Shown in pieces: positions 15,658 through 25,027 of a DNA stretch of 45,506 bases (its first letter is position 1; the number at the start of each line of letters is the position of its first letter). The DNA is taken from positions 1 to 45,506 of IMG/VR virus record IMGVR_UViG_3300027222_000006; one strand, 5' to 3'. Source of the DNA: a virus. Its lineage: Duplodnaviria; Caudoviricetes. Under the pieces are notes generated by a model. The model had not been told where the DNA came from, did not search any database, and saw nothing but the letters and a program-made list of their open reading frames with translations. The position numbers and the translations under genes are program-made.

Positions 15658-17598
15658 TTATCTTGCGTTATGGTATCTCTGGTAAGAAAGAGAAGGAATA
15701 GCATTGTCCACAATGGTTGCCAAGTGTGCATCTCTAACCAGTGATTGATTAAGTATATTGTGGTGTTGTTCCTGTTCAATCGTCTTTTTCCAAAGTCTCA
15801 AGTTTGTTAATTTTACTAGACCGCCTTTTAGTTTGTAAGGTCTATCTAGGTCCCAAATAACTGCTTGGTCAATTGGCTTGACTTCACTAAATTCTAGTTG
15901 CAAATTATTATTTGCATCTTGTGGTCTGTTTCTGTTATTTGATTCATCTAAATAATAGATATATGCACTAAGTTCACGGAATGTATTCGACATATTGATA
16001 ACAAGCCCGTACCACTCATGTGAACCCAAAATCATATTATGTGTAAATGTATAGATTTGACCGTTTAGGGTTACCTCTAATACCTGTGATGAAATTCTTA
16101 CATTGATACCTTCGCCAAACTGGTCGCCGTTTAAAATCTGGTACTTTGTTGTATCCATTGTATCAAATACTGGTGAGAACCAAGTTGTAAATGCTAAGTT
16201 GTCGTTGATTGACTGTGTTGATTTTTGTATATAGTCAACAGCATCAATATCTGTTTCTACAGATGAAAGGTCATAATAGTTTTTAGAAACAAGTGTCCAT
16301 CTATTTTTCAAATCATAATCTACAATTCTAAGTGCCGCCGCCGATCTTTGACGTACGCCATCGTCCCATTGGTGTGGCGTTGATTTAAGTTGTTGTGGAT
16401 CGGTTGCCTTTACATATTCTTGTTGAATCTCTTCGCCGAAGATTTCTTCAACGCCCATTACAAGATTTTCAAGTTCTGCTTCAATTTCTTGTGGTTTAGC
16501 AACCGCTGATCTGTTTTGGTATTTAGACAGCATTACTCTCCAATAAGTATGTTGTATATTAAATTCGTCGGCAAGTGCCACAGATTTAACCTCATACATT
16601 TTATTGTTGATTGGGAAATAAAGATAGTCCTTTACTCTTGGTCTATTGCCAAGACCAAATGTTTTTTCAAACTGATAATCTGTGATATGAATTTCAAAGT
16701 CCTCAAAGCCCATGCCAAATACATCGTACTGCATTGCTTCAGTTGGAAATTCATTATCAGGTACAGATACTTTTAGGTCACCCGCTGCAACAACATTGAA
16801 CAGCGAATATTCCATAAAGATAACATCCTTAGTTCTTTCGTCTGGCACTGTTCTGTAGTACCTAACACCGTGACCAAAAATGTCGCTTGTAATTTCAACA
16901 AGTTGGTTATAAAGATTGTTATTTCTTGTTAGCTGATAAGGTTTGAAAATATTGTCAGATGTTTCACATTCAACTTTAATATTAGCACAACCGCTATAAT
17001 TCAATGGATCAGCACAATCAATACAGTATTGTGGGCAAGCTTCGATGATACCGTCTTGGTCCTCAACCGTGAATGTAACATCAATTAAAACAATTGAAGC
17101 ATCTAAACCAAGTCTATCTACTTCAGCTCTAATATCAAGATACAAATCAACAGTGCCGTCCCATGTTAAATAAAACAGATCACCTGGTGTTAAATTTTTA
17201 TTTAGGGGAGCAAATTCAGAAAACTCTTCACCATTATTAGAATACCTGTACTTGTAAACAAAGTTATTGTTTTCGTTTACAGGAAGCATAAACTTAGCTT
17301 TTTGTGCCGTGAATGGAGCTGGGGATGCCAGCTCAATGTGGATGGGCGAGATTTGAGTGGCAACTTCTAAGATTGTATTGCCAACAATAATAGTATCACC
17401 GGCTGACAAATTAAAATTTGTGCCGAAACCTGAGACCGTTGTAGAACCCTCATATAGATTAATCGTACCAACTGTAAACATGTTGTCAATACCTGCAAGA
17501 ATGCTGTAATCAACTACACGAACAATGTTCTTATAAGGTTCTAAAAGTCTTGCGATAATAACATCGCCAATCTCTGTTGCTCTTTGTCCTGTGACCAT
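15658..17598 (-). CDS. Neck protein (gp14-like central domain) with extra N-terminal beta domain and C-terminal LamG-like domain
   Basis: DVIFMEY...FGMG...FEKTFG...RPRVKDYLYFPINNKMYEV matches gp14-type neck proteins. Confidence 0.65.
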   Translation of the reverse strand: MVTGQRATEIGDVIIARLLEPYKNIVRVVDYSILAGIDNMFTVGTINLYEGSTTVSGFGTNFNLSAGDTIIVGNTILEVATQISPIHIELASPAPFTAQKAKFMLPVNENNNFVYKYRYSNNGEEFSEFAPLNKNLTPGDLFYLTWDGTVDLYLDIRAEVDRLGLDASIVLIDVTFTVEDQDGIIEACPQYCIDCADPLNYSGCANIKVECETSDNIFKPYQLTRNNNLYNQLVEITSDIFGHGVRYYRTVPDERTKDVIFMEYSLFNVVAAGDLKVSVPDNEFPTEAMQYDVFGMGFEDFEIHITDYQFEKTFGLGNRPRVKDYLYFPINNKMYEVKSVALADEFNIQHTYWRVMLSKYQNRSAVAKPQEIEAELENLVMGVEEIFGEEIQQEYVKATDPQQLKSTPHQWDDGVRQRSAAALRIVDYDLKNRWTLVSKNYYDLSSVETDIDAVDYIQKSTQSINDNLAFTTWFSPVFDTMDTTKYQILNGDQFGEGINVRISSQVLEVTLNGQIYTFTHNMILGSHEWYGLVINMSNTFRELSAYIYYLDESNNRNRPQDANNNLQLEFSEVKPIDQAVIWDLDRPYKLKGGLVKLTNLRLWKKTIEQEQHHNILNQSLVRDAHLATIVDNAIPSLSYQRYHNAR

Positions 17599-17606
17599 AT
17601 TATTAT

Positions 17607-18092
17607 TTATATCGCATTATTTTCAGGCGCATTACTACCACCAATACCAGGTAGTTTAGGTTTATTACCCTTTGCAACGGCAACTGAATCTTGTGGTTTA
17701 TAAACTTCGCCTGCAATCCAGGAAGCAACAAAACCAGTGAGTGAAACAAAATAAACTGCAAGGTCACTTAGATTTGCTTTATACCAAATAGCAAATGCCC
17801 CAACAATTGACCAAAGTACAACAATAACATAAATCATGATTTCTCGTCTTGAACTAGGACCGGGTTTCATTAAACCTGTTTTTTCACTAGGTCTGCGAGA
17901 TTCACCCCAAATATAAGTGGCTACATAAGCTGTAAGCGCGCCAAAGTACATTCCAAGCTGACTAAAATTAACACCTTTGACAGCACCAAGAATACCCATC
18001 GCAATCCATAAGAAGACCGTGATGTATACTAATTCTTCACGCTTACCAAAATTCTTAACAAGATCACGTAGCTTTGCAATAAGCTTTTTCAT
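17607..18092 (-). CDS. Four-TM membrane protein with internal duplication (holin candidate)
   Basis: Two homologous RE..Y....LW...G...YF..LT.(Y/F)VA...GE units. Start revised to MKKLIAK, after the late motif at 18114-18121. Confidence 0.7.
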   Translation of the reverse strand: MKKLIAKLRDLVKNFGKREELVYITVFLWIAMGILGAVKGVNFSQLGMYFGALTAYVATYIWGESRRPSEKTGLMKPGPSSRREIMIYVIVVLWSIVGAFAIWYKANLSDLAVYFVSLTGFVASWIAGEVYKPQDSVAVAKGNKPKLPGIGGSNAPENNAI

Positions 18093-18120
18093 AAAGAAAG
18101 TTATACTTTCTTTTATATAT

Positions 18121-18762
18121 CTACCAATCTGTGACCAATAAAATCTCTGGGTTGTCAGTTTCAAGCTTATATGAAAGCACATCCATTAAAACTGCAAGAA
18201 TGTCAACTTGTTCGTCCGTAATATCCATTGTATTAAGTGCCCTTTCAAAAAGTCTAAGTAAGTCACCAGCTGAACCTCGACTGTATTGCTTGTCTTTAAT
18301 AATATTAAGTTCTTTAAGAACTGGATTGATAGCTTTAATCTGATCAAAGCTTAATATTTGATTTAGGCGAAGAGTTGCTCTTAAGATTTTGAATGAATAT
18401 TTAATCTGCTTATCATCGTCAATTTGTACCATTCTAGAAAAATAACGAGACTTTGAAAATGTAAGCTTGATATATTTTAATCTATCAAAATCTGTTAAAA
18501 TCTTATTTAAGAAGTAAATTGAATTAGCATCTCGATGAATAAGTTCTAAAGCAATTGCCCTAATCTTCATCAATTCGCGCTTAAAATTCAAATCAAGTAA
18601 TAAACGCAATTGATATGGTGTAACTAGAATTGAATCTTCGTTTACATTTGAATAGTCAAGTTGATTCAAACACTTTGTCCAAATTAAATTATCGTAGTAA
18701 TTAAATTTATAGAGGGTGATATCAATGACATCACACATTGACGCAGTATTAAATGAATCCAT
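18121..18762 (-). CDS. Hypothetical protein (~213 aa)
   Basis: ORF; ATG 18762 lies 2 nt after the upstream stop. Confidence 0.7.
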   Translation of the reverse strand: MDSFNTASMCDVIDITLYKFNYYDNLIWTKCLNQLDYSNVNEDSILVTPYQLRLLLDLNFKRELMKIRAIALELIHRDANSIYFLNKILTDFDRLKYIKLTFSKSRYFSRMVQIDDDKQIKYSFKILRATLRLNQILSFDQIKAINPVLKELNIIKDKQYSRGSAGDLLRLFERALNTMDITDEQVDILAVLMDVLSYKLETDNPEILLVTDW

Positions 18763-18763
18763 A

Positions 18764-19192
18764 TTAATATACCTGAATACTTTTTTCAATTGATTGGAGT
18801 TCTGCGTTTAATGCAGGACCCGCAAACTTTTGTAATTCTTTAAATTCACGACCGCCGATTTCGTACTTTCTCATATAAACTTCAACGGCCTTATCTGTAG
18901 GTATATATTCATTTTTAGAAGTAGGGGCCTGTTTAGCTTTAGCTGTCTTTGTATAAATCCAACCAGGTACACTTGTGAATCTACGGGCTAACAAGCTCCA
19001 TGCATCAACTACATATGAACCCTCAATACCATTGATATTAAACGCTTGAGCATTCTCCGGATACTTAATCGCAAAGAATCTATTAATCATAAAATGATGG
19101 CGCTTTTTATTGTGTTGTTTAATTTGTTTATAAAGCTGTGGCTTTGTAAACATAATCTTTATAAAATCAAAAAGCTTTGTTTCATCAAGCAT
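18764..19192 (-). CDS. Probable clamp loader small subunit (gp62-like)
   Basis: LFDFI...FMINRFF...A..FN...W.Y.K pattern; near the gp44-like gene. Confidence 0.5.
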   Translation of the reverse strand: MLDETKLFDFIKIMFTKPQLYKQIKQHNKKRHHFMINRFFAIKYPENAQAFNINGIEGSYVVDAWSLLARRFTSVPGWIYTKTAKAKQAPTSKNEYIPTDKAVEVYMRKYEIGGREFKELQKFAGPALNAELQSIEKSIQVY

Positions 19193-20424
19193 TAGAATAG
19201 GTTATTGAGCTGTTGTGTTTTAGGTTTAACTTCGCGCTTTGGTTCATCAACTAATTTCAAACCGGTAAATGGATCAAGATGATCAGGAACCGATGTGCCG
19301 TTTTGATTGGTCCAATTAGTACCTTCCAAGATACGCTCCATTTGAGATATATTATGCATATCCAATTCTACTGCATTTGTTTCAATATCATTATACATTG
19401 CATTCATAATTGGCTCAGGAATTGTGCGAATATGCAACAACATCAATTGAATATTTTGCGCAAGCTTGGCTTTGATTTCAGTTTTGCTTGAATTTGCGAC
19501 AACCCGGTAGATAACATCACTCATCTTTTCAAGACATTCAGGTACAAATAGCTGTTCAACCTCAAAGTGACCAAAGTCTTTTTCATACTGCTTCAAAATC
19601 TTAAGAGCTTGATTGTCTGTAATTGAGAATGTACGAACCTTGCCGTTCTTCATGGCTTTATTGTACGTTACAACTGAAGGAATATTATCTGACTTGTCAC
19701 CGATAAGAATCTTCTGGAAGATAAACTTACGTGAATCAATTTCTTCAACATTTACGCGGTTTGAACGTGTCCACTCTTTAATCTTATCCTTGATTTCATC
19801 AGAGCTGATATTATCATTATTAAGATTAAATAGCAATTCATCATTTGTTAATGAATCGCCGGTCTTAGTATCAATCAGTTCATTAAAACCATTAAATGCA
19901 ATAAGGTTACGACGGGTATTGTAATACCAAAGCGTGTATCCATCAGTGGCTTGTGTATAGTCAACCAATTGAATCAAGTCACGATCGCCAGTCCAGATAA
20001 TGCAGTTTTTACCTTGGTTATTTAATTCAGTTGCACGGGCAAATAGGATGTCATCTGCTTCGGCACCTGGCGTTTGCTGGATGATTACACCATTCTTGGC
20101 CAAAAGTGCACGAAATTCATCGTAAATGCTATACACGGCGTCCCAGTTAACTGAATCATCAGTTTTACGAGTGCCCTTGTATTCCGCTTCAGGATAAAAG
20201 TCTTTGCGCCACGATTTAGAATCAACGGCAATAACCACTTGGTCAACGAATGGTTTCATCTTTCGGATTTCGCTAGCAAAGTCAATGCAAAGCTTTCGCA
20301 TAAATTGACCCTGATCTTTCTCACTATCGAGTAGACGCTTGTCTTTTCGGCGGGGCATGACATACAGCCGGCTGTACACAAAGTAGTTGCCGTCAATCAT
20401 CAATGTATGTTTTCCTAGTTTCAT
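19192..20424 (-). CDS. rnh: 5'-3' exonuclease / T4 RNase H-like flap nuclease
   Basis: IDGN, DSKSWRK..YPEAEYKGTR, EADD, TGDRDLIQL and GDKSDNIP motifs. Confidence 0.93.
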   Translation of the reverse strand: MKLGKHTLMIDGNYFVYSRLYVMPRRKDKRLLDSEKDQGQFMRKLCIDFASEIRKMKPFVDQVVIAVDSKSWRKDFYPEAEYKGTRKTDDSVNWDAVYSIYDEFRALLAKNGVIIQQTPGAEADDILFARATELNNQGKNCIIWTGDRDLIQLVDYTQATDGYTLWYYNTRRNLIAFNGFNELIDTKTGDSLTNDELLFNLNNDNISSDEIKDKIKEWTRSNRVNVEEIDSRKFIFQKILIGDKSDNIPSVVTYNKAMKNGKVRTFSITDNQALKILKQYEKDFGHFEVEQLFVPECLEKMSDVIYRVVANSSKTEIKAKLAQNIQLMLLHIRTIPEPIMNAMYNDIETNAVELDMHNISQMERILEGTNWTNQNGTSVPDHLDPFTGLKLVDEPKREVKPKTQQLNNLF

Positions 20425-20442
20425 AGTCTTAGTCTTTGTATG

Positions 20443-20477
20443 CTACTAATATAGCAAAAATATTTGACATAAAAAAA
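20443..20477 (-). promoter_or_regulatory. Putative early promoter, second copy
   Basis: TTTTTTTATGTC-N12-TATATTAGTAG just upstream of rnh. Confidence 0.6.
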
Positions 20478-21434
20478 TTACTGCATAACAATTGTTTGAA
20501 TCTTGTAAACACAAGATAACATTGTAATTACAGGGTCAATCACAAGAGTGCGTTGGGCTTGGTGCTCGGCAACTGTGATAATAATCTGTGGTATAAATCG
20601 CACCGCATTTGATTTCTCAGCTTGGATGTATTCAATAAATTCTTGTCCAAGTGTCTGTAAGACATCATCAACGCGGTTTGAGTATTCAGACACCAATAGC
20701 TTGTAATTCTTAGCTGGGTCTTTCTCATTAAAGATCAATTCAAATACATCTTTGTATACTGAATTAAATCTCTTAACATCATCAACCGTAATGTTTGTCG
20801 TACCCTGTGCTTTATAACCTTGTAGTTTATTAAGGGTTGTGCGCAAATCAGGGAAGTTACGTCGTACAAATTCAACAAGAGCTGGCTTTTCAATAGTCAT
20901 GTCTTCGCTGCCAGTAATCTCGTAAACACGCTTGATGTATTTCTTTGTCAGTTCAGCTTCTTCTTCTTTGTCAAAGTCAAAGTTAAGTACTTCGAATCGA
21001 GAAAGGATTGGATCAGGCAACTTGTTAATGTAATTACAAGTCGCAATGAATCGGCTATTTGAAGCAAACTGTTCCATTGTAGCACGAAGTGCCTTGAAGA
21101 ACTGATCTGATACACCGTCAATCTCATCTAGGATAACAACCTTAAACTTGTCGCGATCATCAAGAATTGACATAGTAGAACAAAAGTCTGTGATACGGGT
21201 TCTAATGACATCAACTGACGTATCTGTTGACGCATTGATATACAAGTAGGGTAGGTCCCATTGATTGACTAGAGCTTTGGCGGTTGATGTCTTACCAGTA
21301 CCAGGTGAACCCGCAAACAACATATTCTGCTGGACGCCGTTTTGAAATTTCTTCATAACGCGGTCTGGCAAGATTAAACTATCTAGTTTTTTCGGGCGGT
21401 ACTTTTCAGTAAACAGTTGGTTAATTGAGCTCAT
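20478..21434 (-). CDS. Clamp loader ATPase subunit (gp44/RFC-like)
   Basis: EKYRP, GSPGTGKTS, INAS, ILDEID, ILSRF and FPDLR motifs. Confidence 0.95.
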   Translation of the reverse strand: MSSINQLFTEKYRPKKLDSLILPDRVMKKFQNGVQQNMLFAGSPGTGKTSTAKALVNQWDLPYLYINASTDTSVDVIRTRITDFCSTMSILDDRDKFKVVILDEIDGVSDQFFKALRATMEQFASNSRFIATCNYINKLPDPILSRFEVLNFDFDKEEEAELTKKYIKRVYEITGSEDMTIEKPALVEFVRRNFPDLRTTLNKLQGYKAQGTTNITVDDVKRFNSVYKDVFELIFNEKDPAKNYKLLVSEYSNRVDDVLQTLGQEFIEYIQAEKSNAVRFIPQIIITVAEHQAQRTLVIDPVITMLSCVYKIQTIVMQ

Positions 21435-21499
21435 TTGTGTATTATTTAACAATCATTATATGAAAAACTAGACAATAGTTTCAAGAATAAATATAGTAT

Positions 21500-22000
21500 A
21501 TGGCTCAACCAAAAAAGTATCCACACATTATTTACAAGACTGGAGTTCGCGGAAAGCACGGCATTTCTTTTGAATCTCTTTCAAGAAGCCACAAACGATT
21601 TCTTCTAGAGCACCAGAATCTTAGAAAGATTGCACATGATCCTCAGGTTATGAGTGCCATCTTTGGTATTCACAGAACAGATACAAAAAGTATCAAGCAC
21701 AAATTGTTTTGGGACTGGAGAACTAAGAAGCTTCGTAAAATTGAACCGCTCAAACAGTCATACGATATGGTGCCGTGGAAGTGTGCCCTATCTGGTAGAC
21801 CAATCCTAAGTTCAATGAGCAACTTTGAACCAAAGAACTTTGTCCACCCAGATTATTGGGACACCCTCGGTAAAAACGTGGATATGGCCATTGTAGAATC
21901 TTCTGTTAAGTTTCGTATAAAATGTCAAAAGCTCCTCCTGAATCAACAGAAAGAGCTTTTGAAAATATTTAAGGATAATGCTAATCCTAGAAACTTATAG
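21500..22000 (+). CDS. Hypothetical basic protein (166 aa); the only credible plus-strand gene
   Basis: Fills the gap between two minus-strand genes; AATAAATA late-like motif at 21486-21493; WKCALSG...VHPDY. Confidence 0.8.
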   Translation: MAQPKKYPHIIYKTGVRGKHGISFESLSRSHKRFLLEHQNLRKIAHDPQVMSAIFGIHRTDTKSIKHKLFWDWRTKKLRKIEPLKQSYDMVPWKCALSGRPILSSMSNFEPKNFVHPDYWDTLGKNVDMAIVESSVKFRIKCQKLLLNQQKELLKIFKDNANPRNL

Positions 22001-23404
22001 AAGTCTTCTAAATGCATCCATCACGTCACCCTTAAGCACGTATCTAGATTCATTAAGAGTTTTATCAGACTCTGCTTTCTTGATTAAAGATTCATACCTT
22101 AATCTTAGAGTAGAACCTTCAGCAAGTTGCCAATCTAATTTAGTTGCAATTTCTTGAGCTAGTTCATTAAGACCCGCGGCGTTTGCTCTGATAACAAGTG
22201 AATTATTATCATCGTCATCGTCATCGTCATCTTTTTTCTTTGGAGTTGGCTCTGGAGTTGGTTCTGGAGTTGGATCTTTCTTTGGAGTTGGCTCTGGAGT
22301 TGGCTCTGGAGTTGGCTCTGGAGTTGGATCTTTCTTTGGAGTTGGCTCTGGAGTTGGATCTTTCTTTGGAGTTGGTTCTGGAGTTGGATCTGGAGTTGGC
22401 TCTGGAGTTGGCTCTGGATTTGGCTCTGGAGTTGGCTCTGGAGTTGGCTCTGGATTTGGCTCTGGAGTTGGCTCTGGAGTTGGCTCTGGATTTGGCTCAT
22501 CTTCGACTTTACCGTTAGCTAGCTTTTCTTCTTCCTTAGCAATTTTTGCTTTTAGATCTTCAGCTTTCTTATCGTGATCTGTTGAATCTGTCGTGTCGTT
22601 GTCATCAAATGCCGCTTTCTCACCTCTAGTAATAGCAAGTTGTAACTCAAGCTTCATTTTTTCAATCTTGCCTGGGACTGTAGATGCATCAACTGCCTTG
22701 ATTTGTGCTTGAAGATCTTCAATTTTTGCATCATACTTTGCAGTTGGATCCTCTTCTGTTTCAGCGTTTTGCTCAGCATCGTCTCTCATTTGAGCAATTG
22801 CTTGAGTTTCTTCAGCGTGTTTAGCTTTAATATCGCCTAATCTTGTTTTCATATCAGCCGCTCTTTTAGGATCAACATTACCAATTTGTGATTTGATAAC
22901 TTCCATTTGGCCTTCCATCTTAGTTTTGTTGATAATCTTAACAGCTGGGCCGCCAATTTCTTTTGCTTTATCATCAACCATCATCTGGATTTGCTTAATA
23001 TTATCGTCAAGCGCTTTCTTTTTATCCATGACATAAGCTTTCTTGTCTCTCATCTCAGCACCCTGCATTTGAGCAGCTGCAGTTGACATGTCTGTAGACT
23101 TTAGCTTCATTACATTAATTTTCTTTTGCTTCTTGGCTAGCATTTTACCTTTAACCCAAGCAATTAGACCACCTTCTTCATTTAGCTCTTCTTCTGTAAT
23201 TTGCATATTGTCAAAATCATTCATTGCTTCTAATTCTTCAGCAACTTGTGTAGAAAGAGTTTCTAGAGATGTGATAATACTATCAATATCTGTAATCATT
23301 GATGTTCTTGAAGCATCTACTGCTGTATTTTCAGTAGCTACTGTTGTTTTAGCAGACACGAACGCATCAAATGATTGGATAGATTCGTTTAATTTAATTT
23401 TCAT
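21995..23404 (-). CDS. Probable internal head protein with coiled coils and Pro-Thr/Pro-Glu repeat
   Basis: Follows the major capsid gene; late motif at 23438-23445; LNES/LNEE sites; (PTPE)n linker. Confidence 0.75.
   Translation of the reverse strand: MKIKLNESIQSFDAFVSAKTTVATENTAVDASRTSMITDIDSIITSLETLSTQVAEELEAMNDFDNMQITEEELNEEGGLIAWVKGKMLAKKQKKINVMKLKSTDMSTAAAQMQGAEMRDKKAYVMDKKKALDDNIKQIQMMVDDKAKEIGGPAVKIINKTKMEGQMEVIKSQIGNVDPKRAADMKTRLGDIKAKHAEETQAIAQMRDDAEQNAETEEDPTAKYDAKIEDLQAQIKAVDASTVPGKIEKMKLELQLAITRGEKAAFDDNDTTDSTDHDKKAEDLKAKIAKEEEKLANGKVEDEPNPEPTPEPTPEPNPEPTPEPTPEPNPEPTPEPTPDPTPEPTPKKDPTPEPTPKKDPTPEPTPEPTPEPTPKKDPTPEPTPEPTPKKKDDDDDDDDNNSLVIRANAAGLNELAQEIATKLDWQLAEGSTLRLRYESLIKKAESDKTLNESRYVLKGDVMDAFRRLL
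22241..22498 (-). repeat. Coding tandem repeat, 12-bp unit CCAACTCCAGAG ([14 protein letters not shown]), followed by poly-Asp
   Basis: Directly visible; it explains the spurious repetitive ORFs in other frames. Confidence 0.95.
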
Positions 23405-23467
23405 AATGTTTTATTAAATTTATTTTATATCTTATTCTATATATCTGATGAAAAATAGTATTATAAT

Positions 23468-23497
23468 AAAAAAGGGGCCCTTCGAAAAGGACCCCTT
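23468..23497 (-). terminator. Intrinsic terminator after the major capsid gene
   Basis: AAGGGGTCCTT-TTCG-AAGGGCCCCTTTTTT. Confidence 0.85.
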
Positions 23498-23525
23498 ATA
23501 TTAAGGACTTATAATCTAATTAAGA

Positions 23526-24887
23526 TTAAAGTACTAGGTTAGTTACTTCGAACTTCTGGTAGTTAAGTTCTGGGTGGTGACCAGCTTCAACTAGAGCGAA
23601 TCTAGACTTAACTGCAATCTTTGGAGCCATTGTGCCCTCAGCGATTGTCTGAACTGATTCAGCCATTAGGTATGGCATGAATACTAGACCAGAACCGTTA
23701 CCGTCACCTTTTCTACCAACTAGAACCTCGCCGTCAACAGCTTGGTTTGGATCAGTGTAGATATTGATACCTGCAACAGAACCAAGTGGGTAAATTGCAC
23801 CTGCAACCTGTGAGAAAGTGTTAGCCATTGGGTTTGGAACGAAACCAGCAATACCTTGTAGAGCTGAAGCTGTCTTCCAATCAACAACTGCGAAGTTACC
23901 AGCACCTCTTCTGCCCTTGTTAGCGATAACGTTAGCAGCAGCTAGGATGTTAGTTAGGATTCTTCTGTGTGCTTCTGATCTTGTCTCACCGCCGTAAACT
24001 GCAGCTGGAGCTAGATCAAGAGTTGCGATATCAGAACCTGCGATAGATCTCATTTTAGAAAGGATCATCGTGTTGATAGCTTGTGTTAGTTCGTTAGTTA
24101 GAACTGACTCAACTTGAGCAACAGCGTCAACACCAAATTGCTTAAGGTCTTGAACTTGCTCTCTTGTCACAGCAGCAGCAACTTGGAAAGTTTCTGCAGC
24201 AACTGACTTAGAGTATAGAGATAGACCCATGATGTTTTCTGGAGTTGTCTCACCAGCTTGTCTAGAGAATGGGTTACCATTGTTATCACCTGCGAAAGCA
24301 GCAACGTGATCTTCTAGAGCTTTAACTAGTTCTAGTGTAGTACCAACTGGGAAGTGGTCCGCAGCGATATCACCAGCACCTTCTAGAGTTACTTTGTAGA
24401 TTGCAACACCATCTAGTCTTGAATCACCTACCTTAGGGTCAGCATTTAGATCAGTTGGAGCAGCTGATGCTTTAACGAATAGTACGTTTAGCGTAGCTTG
24501 TGATCTTGCAGCACCACCGTCATATACGAAATCTAGGTAAGAAAGTAGACCCATTGGACCAGCCATAGGAACTACAGGAACTAGATCAAGTGCGATAGTT
24601 TGTGCAGCAACTTGCATTGCAAGTGGAAGAAGAGTTGGAGCTTTGTCACCTGAACCGTTAGCAGTTGATACTGATGAACCGTTGCCCATAACTGGTAGAG
24701 CAGCGTGGCCCATACCTGCAAGCATCATTGGAGTAACTGAAGTTAGAGATGCCTCTTCGTATAGCTTGTGGTTGTGGCAGTATTCTGACATCCAAGCTAG
24801 TTTGTTTGCGTCGTTGATACCAGTAGCAGACTCGATGATAGGAGCCCATGTTGCTCTGATTTCAGCTTCATTGATTAAATTTGCCAT
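23526..24887 (-). CDS. Major capsid protein (T4 gp23-like)
   Basis: DLVPVVPMAGPMG, EQVQDLK, GRRGAGNF, FMPY and TMAPKIAVKSRFAL motifs. Confidence 0.95.
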   Translation of the reverse strand: MANLINEAEIRATWAPIIESATGINDANKLAWMSEYCHNHKLYEEASLTSVTPMMLAGMGHAALPVMGNGSSVSTANGSGDKAPTLLPLAMQVAAQTIALDLVPVVPMAGPMGLLSYLDFVYDGGAARSQATLNVLFVKASAAPTDLNADPKVGDSRLDGVAIYKVTLEGAGDIAADHFPVGTTLELVKALEDHVAAFAGDNNGNPFSRQAGETTPENIMGLSLYSKSVAAETFQVAAAVTREQVQDLKQFGVDAVAQVESVLTNELTQAINTMILSKMRSIAGSDIATLDLAPAAVYGGETRSEAHRRILTNILAAANVIANKGRRGAGNFAVVDWKTASALQGIAGFVPNPMANTFSQVAGAIYPLGSVAGINIYTDPNQAVDGEVLVGRKGDGNGSGLVFMPYLMAESVQTIAEGTMAPKIAVKSRFALVEAGHHPELNYQKFEVTNLVL

Positions 24888-24969
24888 TTTAATTATTTTA
24901 TTTTTTTAGGCGTTGTTTAATTCGACTTGCTCGGACGTTTTGCTTCTTTCGTCCTTTTGTCGATTTTAT

Positions 24970-24977
24970 TATATATC
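24970..24977 (-). promoter_or_regulatory. Late promoter GATATATA (representative copy, upstream of the capsid gene)
   Basis: Exact copies start (+ strand TATATATC) at 1111, 1836, 3291, 8155, 10227, 12588, 15612, 18114, 23438, 24970, 27152, 32056 and 32901, each shortly upstream of a start codon. Confidence 0.8.
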
Positions 24978-25027
24978 ATTATACCTTTAGAATATTTTCT
25001 AAAAAAATGATTTTTTTGTTTTTTTGA

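Noticed and set aside
22159-22518. Repetitive ORFs (SQLQ)n and (LELA)n; possible CRISPR array
   Set aside because: These are alternative-frame readings of the PTPE coding repeat; there are no unique spacers and no cas genes.
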